64,000 nucleotides of DNA, from the NCBI GenBank assembly GCA_001643675.2, contig LSRY02000059.1, positions 310,001-374,000 of the forward strand. Reading direction: 5' to 3'. Position numbers and translations under genes: made by a program. Origin of the DNA: Monocercomonoides exilis PA203 (Eukaryota > Protista > Preaxostyla). This document shows positions 39,513-52,791 of the stretch, one piece after another (positions within the stretch are counted from its first letter, which is position 1; every line of letters starts with the position of its first letter). The notes under the pieces are model-generated. The model made no database searches, had not been told where the DNA came from, and worked only from the letters and a program-made list of their open reading frames with translations.

Positions 39513-41996
39513 ATGCCCAGAAAATCTCATTGTCATTGCTCCGAGCATTGCTCATCATGTGATTCTTGTCTAAGCGATAGTTGCACTTGTTCTTCATATT
39601 GTTCATGTTGCTCATGTTCATATTGTTCTTGCTCATCATCTTTTTCTTCAGAATCAACTTGTTCTTCATTTTCTTCTGATTCATCTTCCGTGGAATCATG
39701 GACTTTAACTGAAAAAAGACATTTGGCAATTAATAGAAAAGAAACAAAAAGAAGAAAGGCACATACAAGGAAGATTCAAAGAAGAAATCAAAACAAATAT
39801 TATTCAGGCAAGACTAGTTTCTTTACATTACTTCAGCAACAATCATTTATTCCAATTGCCACTCATTATTTTCTTCAATCATATTATTCTGAAAGTTATA
39901 TTATCAGGAAGTTTCTACGTTCTTGGCTTAAACAAATTATTGCTGAATATCCGAAAAAAAAGAAGACAAGAAGTGGAAGCAATGGACAACGTACTCGGAC
40001 TAAAACTTTTTATGATTTTATGCCTTTTCTTTCAAAAGTGACTGATGACAAAGATTGTCTCGAAAATACTGAAAATTTTTGCAGTGTTATCCCGAAACTA
40101 CTTCAAATGATAAGTGAAAAAATAACACAAGATGATTTGCATAACATTATCGGATCTATGTTTGGTGGAATTGTTCCGCCAGTTTCAGCATTTTTTCTAC
40201 ATTTTTTGTTCAACTTAACTTCACGTCGAAGTCCACTTTCCGATTCAACTGACAATCCGTTTTCGTCGGAAGAATCGTCAAGCTCTTCACCAGAATTATT
40301 TGATGCTGCAGAAGTGGAAAAAGACATGAGAACATTTTTGCAGACTGAATTACGAAAACGTAGAAAGGGGTCCTATCATCTTGCAGCGAGCGAAGCAGCG
40401 CATATTGTTTCTCTGCTAATTGGAGAGAAAAAAGATGATTCTGATTCATCTTCTGATTCAACTTCTGCTTTGTCTTCAGCAAAAGCTGCAGCAGTAGAGA
40501 CCCCATCATCTTCATCAGAAGACAATAAAATCGAAAACGAAAAAAAAGACTTATCTAAAAGATACATCGCAAAAATTTTGAGAAGAAAACGTAAAGTCGA
40601 AAAAGCAAGGCAAGAAAGGGAAAATAAAGTTGAGAACGAATGGAATATTCCTGAATCTCTTTTCACACATTCATTGGCCGAGTTTAAGGAAGGCTTGACG
40701 AACACACTTGCTCAGAGTCTGGATTTTATTATCAAAATCGTTTTGTATCACAGCACACCTCAATATGCTGTTGGATCAAATGTTTCATCTTCCTCTTCTT
40801 CTTCCTCTTCCTCTTCCTCTTCTTCCCAATCAACCTCTCCTTCCCAATCAACCTCTACTTCTCTTTCCGCCACGCTCTCCAAGATCAGCGATGCTGACAG
40901 CACTCTCTTCATCCCCCGCCTTTTCGATGGCTTCCGCCGCCTCATTGCAAATGTTGTTGGGTATGTCAAAGAGAATGTCCGTTCTCTGTCTCTGCTGGAC
41001 GCATGGGAAGTGATCAGAAGACTCATTTTGCGTGTCGTGATGCTGCTGACAGAGAAAAGCATGAAGAATTTGAAGGAAGAGAAGGAAAAGGAGAAGGAGA
41101 AGAGGAAGAAGAAGAAGAAGGAAGAAGGGAAAGAGGAAGAAAAAGAAAAGCAAGAAAAAGAAGGAAAAAATTCTTCTTCTTCGCGTAAATCATCTGGAAG
41201 TTTGATTGCAGTTGATGAAGGCGATCCTCTTCTTTCTTATTTCATCTCTTCAATGTGCTTTTCTCAGCCTCGTTCTTCTCGCCGTTCACTTCAAAAGCGT
41301 CACTCATCATCTTCTTCTTCCTCCTCCTCCTCTTTTTCTTCTTCCTCTTTTTCTTCAATTTCTCCCTCAAAACGTAAAGTTCTCTCGTATTTTTCGATGA
41401 TTCTAACAGATTGTGCCATTCACTTGTATTCAATTGAGAAGGAAAAGAAAGAATTGAGAGAACAAAGACAGATGAGCAGAGAATCTGCAAATATTTCATC
41501 GGTTTCTTCTGCTTCTGCTTCTGCTTCTGCTTCAGTGTCATCTTCATCTTCTTCTTCCACTCCTTCCTCTTCTCCTTCTTCCGTCCCTTCTTCCGTCCCA
41601 ACAGCTTCCTTTGCCGACTTCCTTCTTCATTCTGCTTCTTCAACCACTCAACCTCAACCTCAACCTCAATCTCATCCTCAGCCAAGTTCCCCAAAAGAAG
41701 CAGAGGTCATTCCTGATTCATTGCCTCCACTGCCTTCTATCGACACCTCAAGTGACATTCAGGCATTTGCATCGATTGCTAAGACTGCCTTGAAAAATAA
41801 TGCGATTTATCACGAAATGGTAAAGACTCAAAAGGAAAAAGAAAAAGAAAAAAAGAAGAGAGAGGAGATAGAGAAGAAAGAGAAAGAAATGAAAGAAAAT
41901 GAAATGAAAATGAAAGAAAAAGAATCTGCTGCCAAAAAGCATGATGAGGACGAAGAAAAAGGAGGAGCCGGAGATTTTAACAATGAATATATCTAA
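39513..41996 (+). CDS. Hypothetical protein with Cys/Ser-rich N-terminus
   Basis: Intronless ORF of about 827 aa from ATG 39513; starts MPRKSHCHCSEHCSSCDSCLSDSCTCSSYCSCCSCSYCSC. Confidence 0.7.
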   Translation: MPRKSHCHCSEHCSSCDSCLSDSCTCSSYCSCCSCSYCSCSSSFSSESTCSSFSSDSSSVESWTLTEKRHLAINRKETKRRKAHTRKIQRRNQNKYYSGKTSFFTLLQQQSFIPIATHYFLQSYYSESYIIRKFLRSWLKQIIAEYPKKKKTRSGSNGQRTRTKTFYDFMPFLSKVTDDKDCLENTENFCSVIPKLLQMISEKITQDDLHNIIGSMFGGIVPPVSAFFLHFLFNLTSRRSPLSDSTDNPFSSEESSSSSPELFDAAEVEKDMRTFLQTELRKRRKGSYHLAASEAAHIVSLLIGEKKDDSDSSSDSTSALSSAKAAAVETPSSSSEDNKIENEKKDLSKRYIAKILRRKRKVEKARQERENKVENEWNIPESLFTHSLAEFKEGLTNTLAQSLDFIIKIVLYHSTPQYAVGSNVSSSSSSSSSSSSSSQSTSPSQSTSTSLSATLSKISDADSTLFIPRLFDGFRRLIANVVGYVKENVRSLSLLDAWEVIRRLILRVVMLLTEKSMKNLKEEKEKEKEKRKKKKKEEGKEEEKEKQEKEGKNSSSSRKSSGSLIAVDEGDPLLSYFISSMCFSQPRSSRRSLQKRHSSSSSSSSSSFSSSSFSSISPSKRKVLSYFSMILTDCAIHLYSIEKEKKELREQRQMSRESANISSVSSASASASASVSSSSSSSTPSSSPSSVPSSVPTASFADFLLHSASSTTQPQPQPQSHPQPSSPKEAEVIPDSLPPLPSIDTSSDIQAFASIAKTALKNNAIYHEMVKTQKEKEKEKKKREEIEKKEKEMKENEMKMKEKESAAKKHDEDEEKGGAGDFNNEYI

Positions 41997-42186
41997 AAAA
42001 ATGTATACAAAAATTATTTCTTGTGAGTTGATCCAAATCTTCCATTTCAAAATTTTAATTAAAGATCTTGGATCATTGTTCCCACTTTTGCATATCATTT
42101 TAAACACAACTTTTTTTATTTATTTGCCCTTGTAATTTTTAAGACTTATTTGATATTTTAATCAAATTCTCTAACAAAATAATACA

Positions 42187-45100
42187 ATGGCAATGAGATA
42201 TGGAGCTTCTAGAGGAGGTAATCTTGCCTCAAAAATGAAAGATCTTATCAATGAAAATCAAAGTCTGGCTTTTATTTTTCTTTAAGAGTTATGAAATAAC
42301 ATTTATATCATACGAAAATTTTTGTAATTTGCATCATGGTGCGCTGTCAGTGTTTTCACTTTCATCGTTCACTTCGTTTTCAAATCGACCAAGAAGTGTT
42401 TTCGGTGCACCATATATTCCACGTCGTCAAAAAGCTATTTTCCCAACAATAGAGTATAATTATCCATCATTTTCAGATCCGTTATCTAATCTGTTGGATA
42501 CAATCGAAGAATCAGATGATAATGATGATCAAATTCAAATCATGCAAGAGCAATCAGAGGCCCAAAATGAATTGTCATCTCAAATTAAAGATATAGAAGA
42601 TCATTGCTTGGATAAAAAGACTCTTGAAGCGGTTGTATCGACAAAGCAAAATCAGGATGTCTTATTTAGACCTTCGAAGGCGAAAAGTGAAGGAACTAAT
42701 TTTCAGACAAAGTTAGATTTATTCTATGATACATTTTTGAATCGAAGGCAGACCGTACTTCTTCTTTCGGTCAAAATGGGGCCTTATATGGAAATGCTGA
42801 AACAAAAAAGCCAATCATCCCAAGGTCATGGTGAAATGGCCGAAGGAGGATCAAGTCCACAATCAGATTCAGATACAAATGAAGGAATTGCCTCGCTTCC
42901 TCAATGGAGCCTAATCCGTGTGCGGAGCGGAGATGATGTGGGCGTATTGTGCGAGTCATTCTGCCTTCAACAAGCACTCCCGAATTCTGCTGTGCCAATA
43001 CTTTCGAGTGTTGTGAAGGTGGCTGTGGAAGAAAGAGCCAGAAAAGAAGAGGCGATGGGCGAAAGCATCGGAGAAGAGCTGAAGAAAGCGCGGAAGCTCA
43101 ACCAGGACGAGAAAGACGGCAGCTCATCCGAAAAGGCAGGTGCAGAAGGAGATGCAAGCAGCGGTGAAAGAGAGATTGAAGCAGCACATCCAGAAGATGT
43201 GGTGTCAGAGATGGAGCAGCACGTCCGGCGGATTGCGCTGACGAAGCGGAGACTGAAACAGCAGCAGATTCAGCAGCAAGGGATGACGATGAAGCGGTGG
43301 GGCGCTGCAGCAATGAAGATTATGGCTGCCCAGCGCCACCAGCTGATGCTGAAGGGCACCACAATGCAGAGCGGATCGCGTCCAGGCAGCGCTTCTTCAT
43401 CGCCTATTTCTTCCTCAACATCCGCAGGAGACGAGGAGTCAACAGCAAAACAGGACGAAGGCGCAGATGGTGTGGCTGTGCAGGTCGCGTCGATTGACCA
43501 GCCAGTGCCGTTGGCTGGCACTCCACTGCCAACAGATGAATCTTCTGCATCATCTTCCTCTTCATCCTCATCTTCTTCTTCTTCTTCTTCTGAAAGCAGT
43601 GCCAACAGCAACAACTTGGCGTCTATGTTCCCAGCAGGTGCCATCCCATCTGCTGTTCTTCTGGAAGAGTATCCTTCTTCAACAGCATTCGCTTCAGCAG
43701 ACATCGATCCATTTGCTGAGCAGATGGAAGCCATCAGAAAGGCAGAGGCGTTTGAAGACGAGCAGAAACGGCTGATTGACGCAGAGCTGAACAACGAAAA
43801 GAAGAAGAAGAAGAAGAAGAAGAAGAAGAAGGCCAGTGCAATGGATGGCACATCATTGCTTTATTCAACAAAGGAGATTAAGAAAGTATCAAATCTGCGC
43901 TCAAAAGGAGAAGAGGAAGAAGGCGATTCGAAAGATGACGAATCTCGAAGGAGCAAGTCAGCTGGTGCAAACAGAGAGGAAATCGGTGCGAATAAGGCGA
44001 GTGAAGGGAAAGTGCTGACGAAGAATGAGCAACATCGACAGGAAGTGCTGCGGGCGATTGAAGAGGCGAACCGGCAGCGCATTCAGAAGTACAGAGAGAA
44101 GCTGGAGAAGCAGGAGAAGGAGAAGAAGCCGAGATATCATCTGAAGTCGTCGAAGGAGCTGGAGGAGGAGTATGAGTGGTATTATGAGAGTGAGAGCAAG
44201 AGCGAGGAAGAGGAAGACGAGGAGGAAGAGGCAAAGGGAGAGGAGGCATCTGCAAAGGCAGGGGAAGAAGGCAACGAAGCAGGAAAAGAAGGAGGAAAGG
44301 GAAAAGGAGAAGGAGAAGGAGAGGCAGGGAAAGAAGAAGGAGAAGAGAAGAAGAAAGCGAAGAAAGCGAAGAAGACTCGAATTGAACGACTGTATGAAGA
44401 AGGGAAGCAGAAGCAGCGGAAGGAGCTGGCAGACGAAAAGAAGGAGAAGGAGAAGCTGAAGCAGCCCCCGCCGATTAAGCCGCCACCTCCTCCCACAAAG
44501 CTGCAGACATTCTACCGGCTGCACGAAGAGTCAGAGCAGATAGAGAAGAACAGAAAGAGGGCAGAGCTGCAGCGGAGGGAGCAGTTGGAGAAGTCGATTG
44601 TGGAAGGGACGAAGGCATCGCCGTTCAAGCCGACGATTTCGAGCAAGTCGAAAAAGATGGCTGCGAACAGGAACTGGAAAGACGCGACGAGTGAAAGAGA
44701 GATCGACAGGCTGCGCATTGAGGCGAAGGAGCTGGGGCTGGACGACACGCAGACAGCAAACTACTTCTTCAACAAAGAGGTGGAGAAAGAGAGAGGGATG
44801 ATGGCATCAGGGAATGGAGAAGGAGAGGACTTGGGAGCAACCTCAGCGACTGTCAGCACATTTGGAGAAGGAGACGGGTCCGAAACAGCACGCACACGCA
44901 CAACGATGTCATCTCGTATGTCAACAAGAACAGTAAACACGCCTGGCAGAAGGGCAACAGCAGGGCTGGCAGAGCAGGTATACTCGTTCAAGCCGAAGAT
45001 CAGTGCGAAGTCGAGGAAGATTGCAGAGAACGCGTTTCAGAGGATGAAGAAGGAGGAGAAAGGGGAAGGGGAAAGAGAAGGAGAAGGAGAAGGGGAGAGG

Positions 45101-48100
45101 GAGAGGGAAGAGAAAGGAGAGAACGAAGGGAGAGAAGAGGCAGAAACTGGGCAGAACAGAGAGGGCATGAATCAAACAGGAGAATATGAGTTTGAAGCAT
45201 CTGACGGTGAATACGATTCAGAGAGGAGAGAAAGAAGAGTTCCGCCGCTTCCTTTGGAGAGCAAAGGAGAAGGCGACGGAAGAGCAATGGCAAAATCAGG
45301 CGATGCGGCAGAGACAGCGTCGATTGCCTCAACTCGATCGCGCCGGTCAGAAAAGAAAATGCCATCGTTTTTGGATCGGGTACAGATAGACATCAAGCAG
45401 AGAGAGAAGCTGAAGGAAGGCATTCAGAAGTGGTATCCAGAAGAGTACACATTCACCCCCACGACATATTCAAAGAGATCGCCAAAGGAAGTGGAGGAGT
45501 TTATGAAGGAGCAGGAGAGGAGGAGGAAGGAGAAAGAGGAAGAAAGAGAAGGAGAAGAAGGAGAGGAAGAGGAAGATGAATATGATGAGAATGGCAATTT
45601 ACGTGGTTCAAGTGGCAAATCCAAAGGGAAAGCAGCTGATGAAAAAGCAGAGCAACAAAAGAAGGAAAAGAAATATGATGCAGTTGAATATGCCACAAAC
45701 CGTCTGTATTATGATGGCCTGAAAAGAGAAGAGAAGAAGCGGGAGGTCGAAATCAAGACGATGGACCCGGCCTTCCAGCGTCCCATTGTGTACTCCACAT
45801 ACTCCTCCTTCACACACGCAGCAGCGCCTCGCATCAACGACGCCTTTCGCAGTGTGGCTGATGGACTTGTGCCGACTGTGGAGAAGAAAGAAGAACGAGC
45901 CAGAGCGAAAAAGACAGTGTCGATGGGGCAGACGCTCTCAACACCCAATCCTCTGAACTCGTCTGTTGTGTCTGATGTTAACTCTCCCTCCAGTTCTTCT
46001 GCTGAGATCGGCTCGTCATTCACCCCTGGCTCTCGTCCTTCCTCAACCACACTGTTATCACACACATCAGATGCATTCAGCCCTGCAAAGACACCTTCTT
46101 CACAGAAGCACCCAGAACTCTCTCCAATTTCAACCACACCTTCGCCAGGCAGACGCGGACAAGCTGTTCTGCCTCCGACTTCGCCAAAGGTTGCAGCGTC
46201 GTTCACGTCTTCTGCAGTCCACGCCTCGCTTTTTGAGTCAATTGGCTCATACTCCTCGTCAACCTCTTCTCCGCATGCCCACTCGCCAGTCAGAGCATCT
46301 CCTTCTTCATCAGCAAGGATGGGCAGCAGCTGGGCAGATGGGAGCAGCAGAGGAGAGGTGATGACACCGCAGCGGACAGAACAGATGCAGAAGCGCTTTG
46401 CAGAAGGCGTGGTGACGAAGGAGGCTGGTGTGGATGCGAAGAGGAAGCTTCTGAATGAGGCAGCGAAGAAAGAAAGTGAGATGAAGAAAGTGAATGATAA
46501 ATCGAATCTTCTTGTCAGAAAAAGGAACGAGAAGTGGAGGGAAGTGTTCCAGATGCTCTTGAAGGAAGACCTGAAGAGAAAACAAGAGGCAGAAAAGAAG
46601 GAGAACAAGCAGAGCGAAGAAGGAAATGAAGAGAATTCTCAAACTTCTGATGCTAAAAACGCTGAAGCAGATGAGAACGGATCAAATGAAGGCAAATCTT
46701 CTTCATCTTCTTCTTCTTCTCAGAAGAATCATCATCCACAAACCATCACATTGGATGCCTCTCTGATTGTATCTACATTGGAAGACCAATACGCATTAGA
46801 TCTCCTTCTGCTGCTTGACTTTGCGTCTATCACATTTGTGGAGCGGGAGAAAGAGCGGAAGCTGTGGGAGCTGTTTGAACTGGAAGTGATCAAGCGATCG
46901 GGTGTGGCTGGTGTGCGCACACGTGTCAGGCCTTTGACACGGGAAGAGAGGGAAGAGGTGAGGAGGAAGAGGAGAGGAGAGAAAGGAGAAAAGGGAGAGA
47001 AGAAAGGAGCAGCACATGATGCTTCGTATGATGATGATCATGAGGTTTATTATCCGCCACACTTTGAGTTGGAAGAAGAGGAAGATGAAGAACAGGAAGA
47101 CGAAGATGAAATGACTGGAGAGTTGAATGAAGAACTTGCTAAAAATAAACAGGAAGAGTCTGAAGAAATGCAAGAAGCAGACGCCACAAAAGAAACAGAA
47201 AAAGCTGAAGGAGAAGCAAGCGACATGTCACATGAAGAGAAAGAGGAGTCAACCGCTGCCAGTCAAATGCACTCGAATCAGCTGGCAACACCAGCCACTT
47301 CTCACTCAATCCTCAGCAGCCGAGGACAGCCCTCGTCTTCTCTTACCACACCTTCAAGGCGCCAGGCACAGCTCTCTTCCACTTTTGCCTCACAGGCATC
47401 TCGTCGCTCGATGACACAGCAGAGTCTGACGATGTCAGGGTCACTTTACAATTCTTCATTGGCATCCAACTCGTCAGCTGGTCTCACCCTCTCTTCACAC
47501 GGACCAGAGCTGTTCTTCACTGGGCATGTGATAGACGATGTGGATGAGAATGCGTTTGTGGCAATGCTGAGCGATGCCGTCCTGCTGTACGGGAAAGAGA
47601 AGCTGATCATCACTCGCACTGAGGCTGAAATGAAGAGAGTTCCAAAGAAACACAGTGAAGAAGAAGAAGAAAGAGAAGGAGGAGAAAGAGAAGGAGAAGA
47701 GACACAACAGAAAAAGGAATCAGCAGAGTCGAATGAAGAAAGTTCAGTGCCAATTTCAGAAGAGACAGAAAAGGAAGAGAAACCCATCAGTGAAGAATCA
47801 ACAAAAGGCCAATCATCTGAACAGCCAGAGGAAGCAGGGCAGTCAGAGGCAGTTGGAATTGAGCAGCTGTCGCTTGAGATGTACTGCCTGGCAAAAGATT
47901 GGCTGCATATTCCCTCGCAAAGAGAGATGGAAGACGAGAAAGAGCTTTCTGTCCAGATCAAGCGTGTGCGCATGCCATCCAGTGCGAAGAGCACAAATGC
48001 GACGGTGAAGCTGACGAAGAGCCAGATGATTATGAGAGAGAGAGAGAAGGAGAAGGAGAGGCAGAGGGAGATAGAGAGACAGCGCTGGGCAGCTGGGAAG

Positions 48101-48988
48101 CCTGTTTTGACTGCCACTCCTCCTGCTTCTCTGGCTGCGAAGAGGAACAGTCAGAAAGAAGGAGAAAAGAAGGCAGATGAAAATGTGAAGCAGCAAAAAG
48201 CAAAATCAGCAAAGACAGAAAGACAGAGAAATTTGCAGAAGGAAGAAGAAGAACAAGAAAAGAAGGAAGCAACTGAAAGTGGATTGACTTCATACCAAAC
48301 ACCAAAAATAGAGTCAGAAGATGAAAGAAATGAATCTGGTGAAAATAATAAAGAAACAAATCAGGCAGAAAATGGAGATGAAGAGGAGAAGGAGGAGGAG
48401 GATGAGGAAGAAGATGAAGAAGAAGACGAAGAGGAAGAGGAGGAAGAGGAGGAAGAGGAAGAAGAAGAGGAGGACGAAGATGATAACGCAGAACAAAAAG
48501 CAGAAGCCAAGCCGCTACAAGCAGGTCCATTTGGGCATGATATTCCTATGGATGATGAATCAGAAGAAGAAGAGGAAGAAGAAGCGGAGGAGGAAGAGGA
48601 GGAGGAAGGAGAAGAAGGAGAAGGAGAAGGAGAAGAAAACAAAACAGGCGCCACAGACAACACAGACAATACTTTGCAAAGCAACCAGCCAGAACCAGCA
48701 GCCACAACAGTAGCAGCAGCTCAGCCAGTTAGACAGGGGCCTTCGTTTGCTTCTGAACTGAGAGGGATTTCATCTTCGTCCTCAGCCGAACAGCAACTTC
48801 AACAGGAACTCATGCAACTTGCAGAGGCTGAAGGCGACGCTGGGCTCATGGAAATATTGAAACAAAGTATGGTCGACCAACAAACAAAAAGAAATGCAAA
48901 AGACAATGCAAATGAAGATGAAGACTACGAAGCAGATTTTGATGGAAGCGAAAGTAACGATGGATTAGAGGAATACATGTTTGACTAA
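42187..48988 (+). CDS. Very large (about 2200 aa) charged low-complexity protein with dispersed RLY / F[KT]P[KT]I motifs
   Basis: Short exon 1 (42187-42217) splices into the 2245-aa ORF. Motifs IERLYEE, FYRLHEE, SPFKPTIS, YSFKPKIS, YTFTPTT, TNRLYYD. Confidence 0.75.
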
Positions 48989-49387
48989 AAACAACCTTCT
49001 ACTTAAAACTGTTATCATTCTCTTTTAATTAATTTTGTCTTTTTTTATTTTTTCAGATTTTCATTTCATATAATTTAACAAAAAACAACATTTTTTGATC
49101 ATATTGCCCATCATCTATCTTCTTTTTATTAAATCATTCGTTTGGCTTTTAAATGAGTTCTTTTGATCCTTATATAACATATCCACAAAAAAAACAGGTT
49201 TTTTAAAAGCTTTTTATTGCGGTTGTTCTGATAGCTTTTTTTAATAACTTTGAAAACAATTTTTTTCTTTTTTTATTTATTTGTTGAATATGTGACTATT
49301 GCTATTTAAAATTGACTTAATACAACAAATTAGAGAAGCCATTCTTCTGAATCTTCCACTCCAATTCTGACTCCATCACTTCCACCA

Positions 49388-50739
49388 ATGACAGCAGCAA
49401 CTCCTTCAGATATTTTAAGGTTGACGCTTATTTACTACTAGTTTAAATTTTTGTCTTGTAATATTTTTTGTTTTTACTAACAAATAGATTTTTGAGCAAA
49501 CTAGTGCAAGATTTGATCAAGCACAAGCATGGATGGCCATTTGCTACTCCTGTGGATGTAGATGCCTTAAGTATTCCTCAATATCGAGAAATAATTAAAA
49601 AGCCAATGGACCTCGGAACAATTAAAATGAACATAGAAAATGGTTATTATGAGGATGATTACCTTGCATGCTATGGTGATATTGTCTTGGTGTGGGATAA
49701 TTGCTTCAGGTTTAATCCACCTGACACTGATGTGTCGATGATGTGCAGTACTTTGCAGAAATTCTTTTTAAAACGAATTGAAAATAGTGGCTACTTTACA
49801 GATAATCAAATACAATTCGCTAAAGCGCCTCATCCAATGAAATATCAAAAGCCAACAACTCCAGGCTTTGTTCTTGGAGGCCAAGGGTCCGGGCAGAAGA
49901 AAAAAGGATCTGGTTCGGGTTCTCATAAGAAAAAATCAAGTTCATCACAAAAAAAGCAATCATCTGTACACAGGCACACAGCAAATGCAGCTGCATCTTC
50001 AAAGGGGAATGTTCAATCATATGCTTCTTTGAAACAGCCTTACGAGCAAGCTCCACTTTCCCACAAACGACAATCTCTGAGGTCCGCTGGCTCGTTGCCT
50101 GACTTGGATCGCCTTCTTTACCGTTTTGAAGGAGATGAAATTCCCTTATCAAACGAAGAGATGGTGCAGCTTGTGGCGACTTTGGATGCGCTTCCTGAGC
50201 GATTTATGGAGAAAATAGTCCAATTTATCCAGCAGATCTCGCCTATGACGCCTGTTGATTCTGTAGGCGATGATGTGATCGAATTTAGCTTGGATGACAT
50301 GGATGTGCGTGTTGTGAGACATCTTCAGAAGTATGTTGAAGGGTGTGTTGATGTAATCCAAAAGGCAATTGAACGAGGCGATCCTGTGGAAGAAAAGGAA
50401 GAAGCCGACGAACAAATGGCAAAGGATGATGATGAAGATACAGATGAAATTAAAGAGAAAGATGGAGATGAAAATGAAAGCCACAGAGAAGAAGAGGCTA
50501 AAAAGGAGAACGAAGTGGAAGAAGAAAGAAAAGTTCAAGATCCCGGAACGGATATCGGAAATGATAATGATAAAAAGGATGTGGACTTGTTTCCTCTCAA
50601 AAGCGAAACTGTTGAAAGCGACGTTAAACAATCTGAGAATACCCAAATCAACGAAATTGTCCTTACAACTCAGGAAAGCAATATCTCCCCTCAGACTGAC
50701 AATTCACACCACATCGACGGAAAAAATGATATCGAATGA
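49388..50739 (+). CDS. Single-bromodomain + ET(NET) domain protein (BET/GTE-like), 2 exons
   Basis: HGWPFATPVD, YREIIKKPMDLGTI, VWDNCFRFN (conserved Asn). ET domain PLSNEEMVQLVATLDALPERFMEKIVQFI...IEFSLDDMD. Confidence 0.88.
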
Positions 50740-50930
50740 GCCATTTTTGCTTCCTAAAACACTTCATCTTATAATGCACATCTCTTCCATTTCACGTAGC
50801 CATGTGTTCTCCTGTTTTAACTTTGTTAATGTTTTTATTTTTTATTCCGGTTTTTCTCTTCACTTCATATTTTAGTTTGTTTTTTTTACAAAAAAATAAA
50901 ATTCAACAAAAAAAATTGTAATTTGTTTAT

Positions 50931-52683
50931 TTATTTATAATCGTCTTTGAAGCTCCCGCGAGGTTGCAAATTTGATGATTGGAGATCTGATAAAAGCTTC
51001 TGTAGGGCTTTCTGCCTTTGTATGTTTTTCCCATCATCAATTGTTGTGTTTGCTATTTCAAGCGATCCAGATTTGCACAATCCGAGATAATTCATAAGAT
51101 CTGAAATGCCAGCTGGGGTGAGAGACGTGGTTGATTTCAAAACAGCATCGAGGCAGAGGAGAAGAGAGCCCACTGGCGGTCCAAATGGCACAACCTTGAT
51201 TGGGCTGTCTGGATACTGATAGTTCATTAAGCAATACGAATAAGAATCAAAATGAGGTTGAATTTGTGAATGAAATGATGAATGAAATGAAATGTTTGGT
51301 GATAAAGAAGTAGATTCTGCTGGAATCGAGGAAGAAGATGATGAAAATGGTAAAGGTGATGGTGTTGAAGTTGGCAGAGGATGAATAAATGAGGAAGTGA
51401 ATGACTCGTCTGATGAATTGGTTGATGAAGTGAATTTAGAATCTTCGTTAAGCTCTGTTGCAAAACTTGAAGGAAAACCAGGCTGCAAATCTGTCATAGT
51501 CGATTCGCTATTTTCATCGTCAATTCTGTTTATTACAAAAAGAGCAGGAAACAAGTTCTGAAATGAAGAAGAAAGATGGCGATAAAATTCTGCAGTCTTT
51601 CTAGCAAGAGACGAACTACTAGCAGTTCCAATCGTTTGTAGTAAAGAAGAATCGCCACTCGCAGGAATTAGCGATGTCTCTGTTTTAACACGCTGCGTGA
51701 CCCCAAACCATTCGTCCTCTGCTGTTTGTCCGCTCTTCTTTTCGCCTTGCCAAGGGATATATCTCATCAGCATAATCGGAAATCGAATAAGAGGAGTTTT
51801 CATCTTCTTTGAAGACGGAGATGGATGGATTTCTCTCAAGCGCATATCCGAGTTGTGAATTTGTGAGTTTGTTATATTATTACTTGAAATAATTGTCGAA
51901 GAGTCGCTCATTACGAAGTATTTCGGATAACACTCTGATTCTTCAGAATATTCGTTATTTTCTGTTTCGCAAAAAAATCCATGTGCTAACTGATCACTTA
52001 TTTCAAATTTTGAAAGCTTTTCTCCAAGTGTTTGTATGTACCAAATAGCAACGCTGGTCAACAAATCCAGGCATTGTTCCTCTGCTTCTTCATTTACAGA
52101 AATTTTAATTTATTCTTTAAAATAAAATGAGCAAACTTAAAAATCCTTCATGTTCTGCTATTATAGCAACGACGCGACGCAAGAGATGATAAGCTTCCTT
52201 TTTTCCTCCTGGAAGAGGTGAAGGGGAAGGTGAAAGATTTAAAACATTTGAAGGATTTATTTTTGAGTCTGTTGCATTTGGAAGTTCTGATTCAGGAAGA
52301 TAGCGTTGTATTTTACGTAGGAGCTGAAGATTTTTAAAGATTGGAGAACAAGGATTTGCAAATGGAAGTGAACTATTCAAAAATCGTAAAATTTTTTGAT
52401 TTCAAAAAAAAAAATCAAACCCTTCGAATGAGTAATCCAATGTGTTATATGATACTGACGTTGTATCAAATTTTATTAATTCTTCTGATGAAGTCTCATC
52501 GATTGTGAGTTAAATAAAAAAAAGTATTTTTTTTAAAAAACTTTAATATATTAATTCAATGCAACTATAAACTTCATCAATTTCTTTTGTGTCAAGTATA
52601 TTTTCTGATTGACTCCACCAATAACAAAGCAGATCATCATCAATGACTTCCGATAAATAGTTAAAGTCTTGCGATAAAGACAT
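50931..52683 (-). CDS. Bromodomain-associated (BTP) histone-fold protein, TAF8/SUPT7L-like, 4 exons
   Basis: Own ATG at 52683 (MSLSQDFNYL...). Spliced LLRRVVAIIAEHEGFL|KAEEQCLDLLTSVAIWYIQTLGEKL matches the BTP histone-fold pattern. Confidence 0.6.
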
Positions 52684-52791
52684 AATAAATTAAGGGGAAA
52701 TAAAAAAGTCATTTAAAGAACCAAAAAAAATGAATACTTTATTTTTTGCAAAATGAGACAGTAAAAACAGCAAAAACAATTAACAACAATA

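Noticed and set aside
42251-48988. Numerous antisense and alternate-frame ORFs (also over 16114-18753, 23764-27198, 27794-34974)
   Set aside because: Shadow ORFs produced by GC-richer, triplet-repeat coding sequence; no family motifs.
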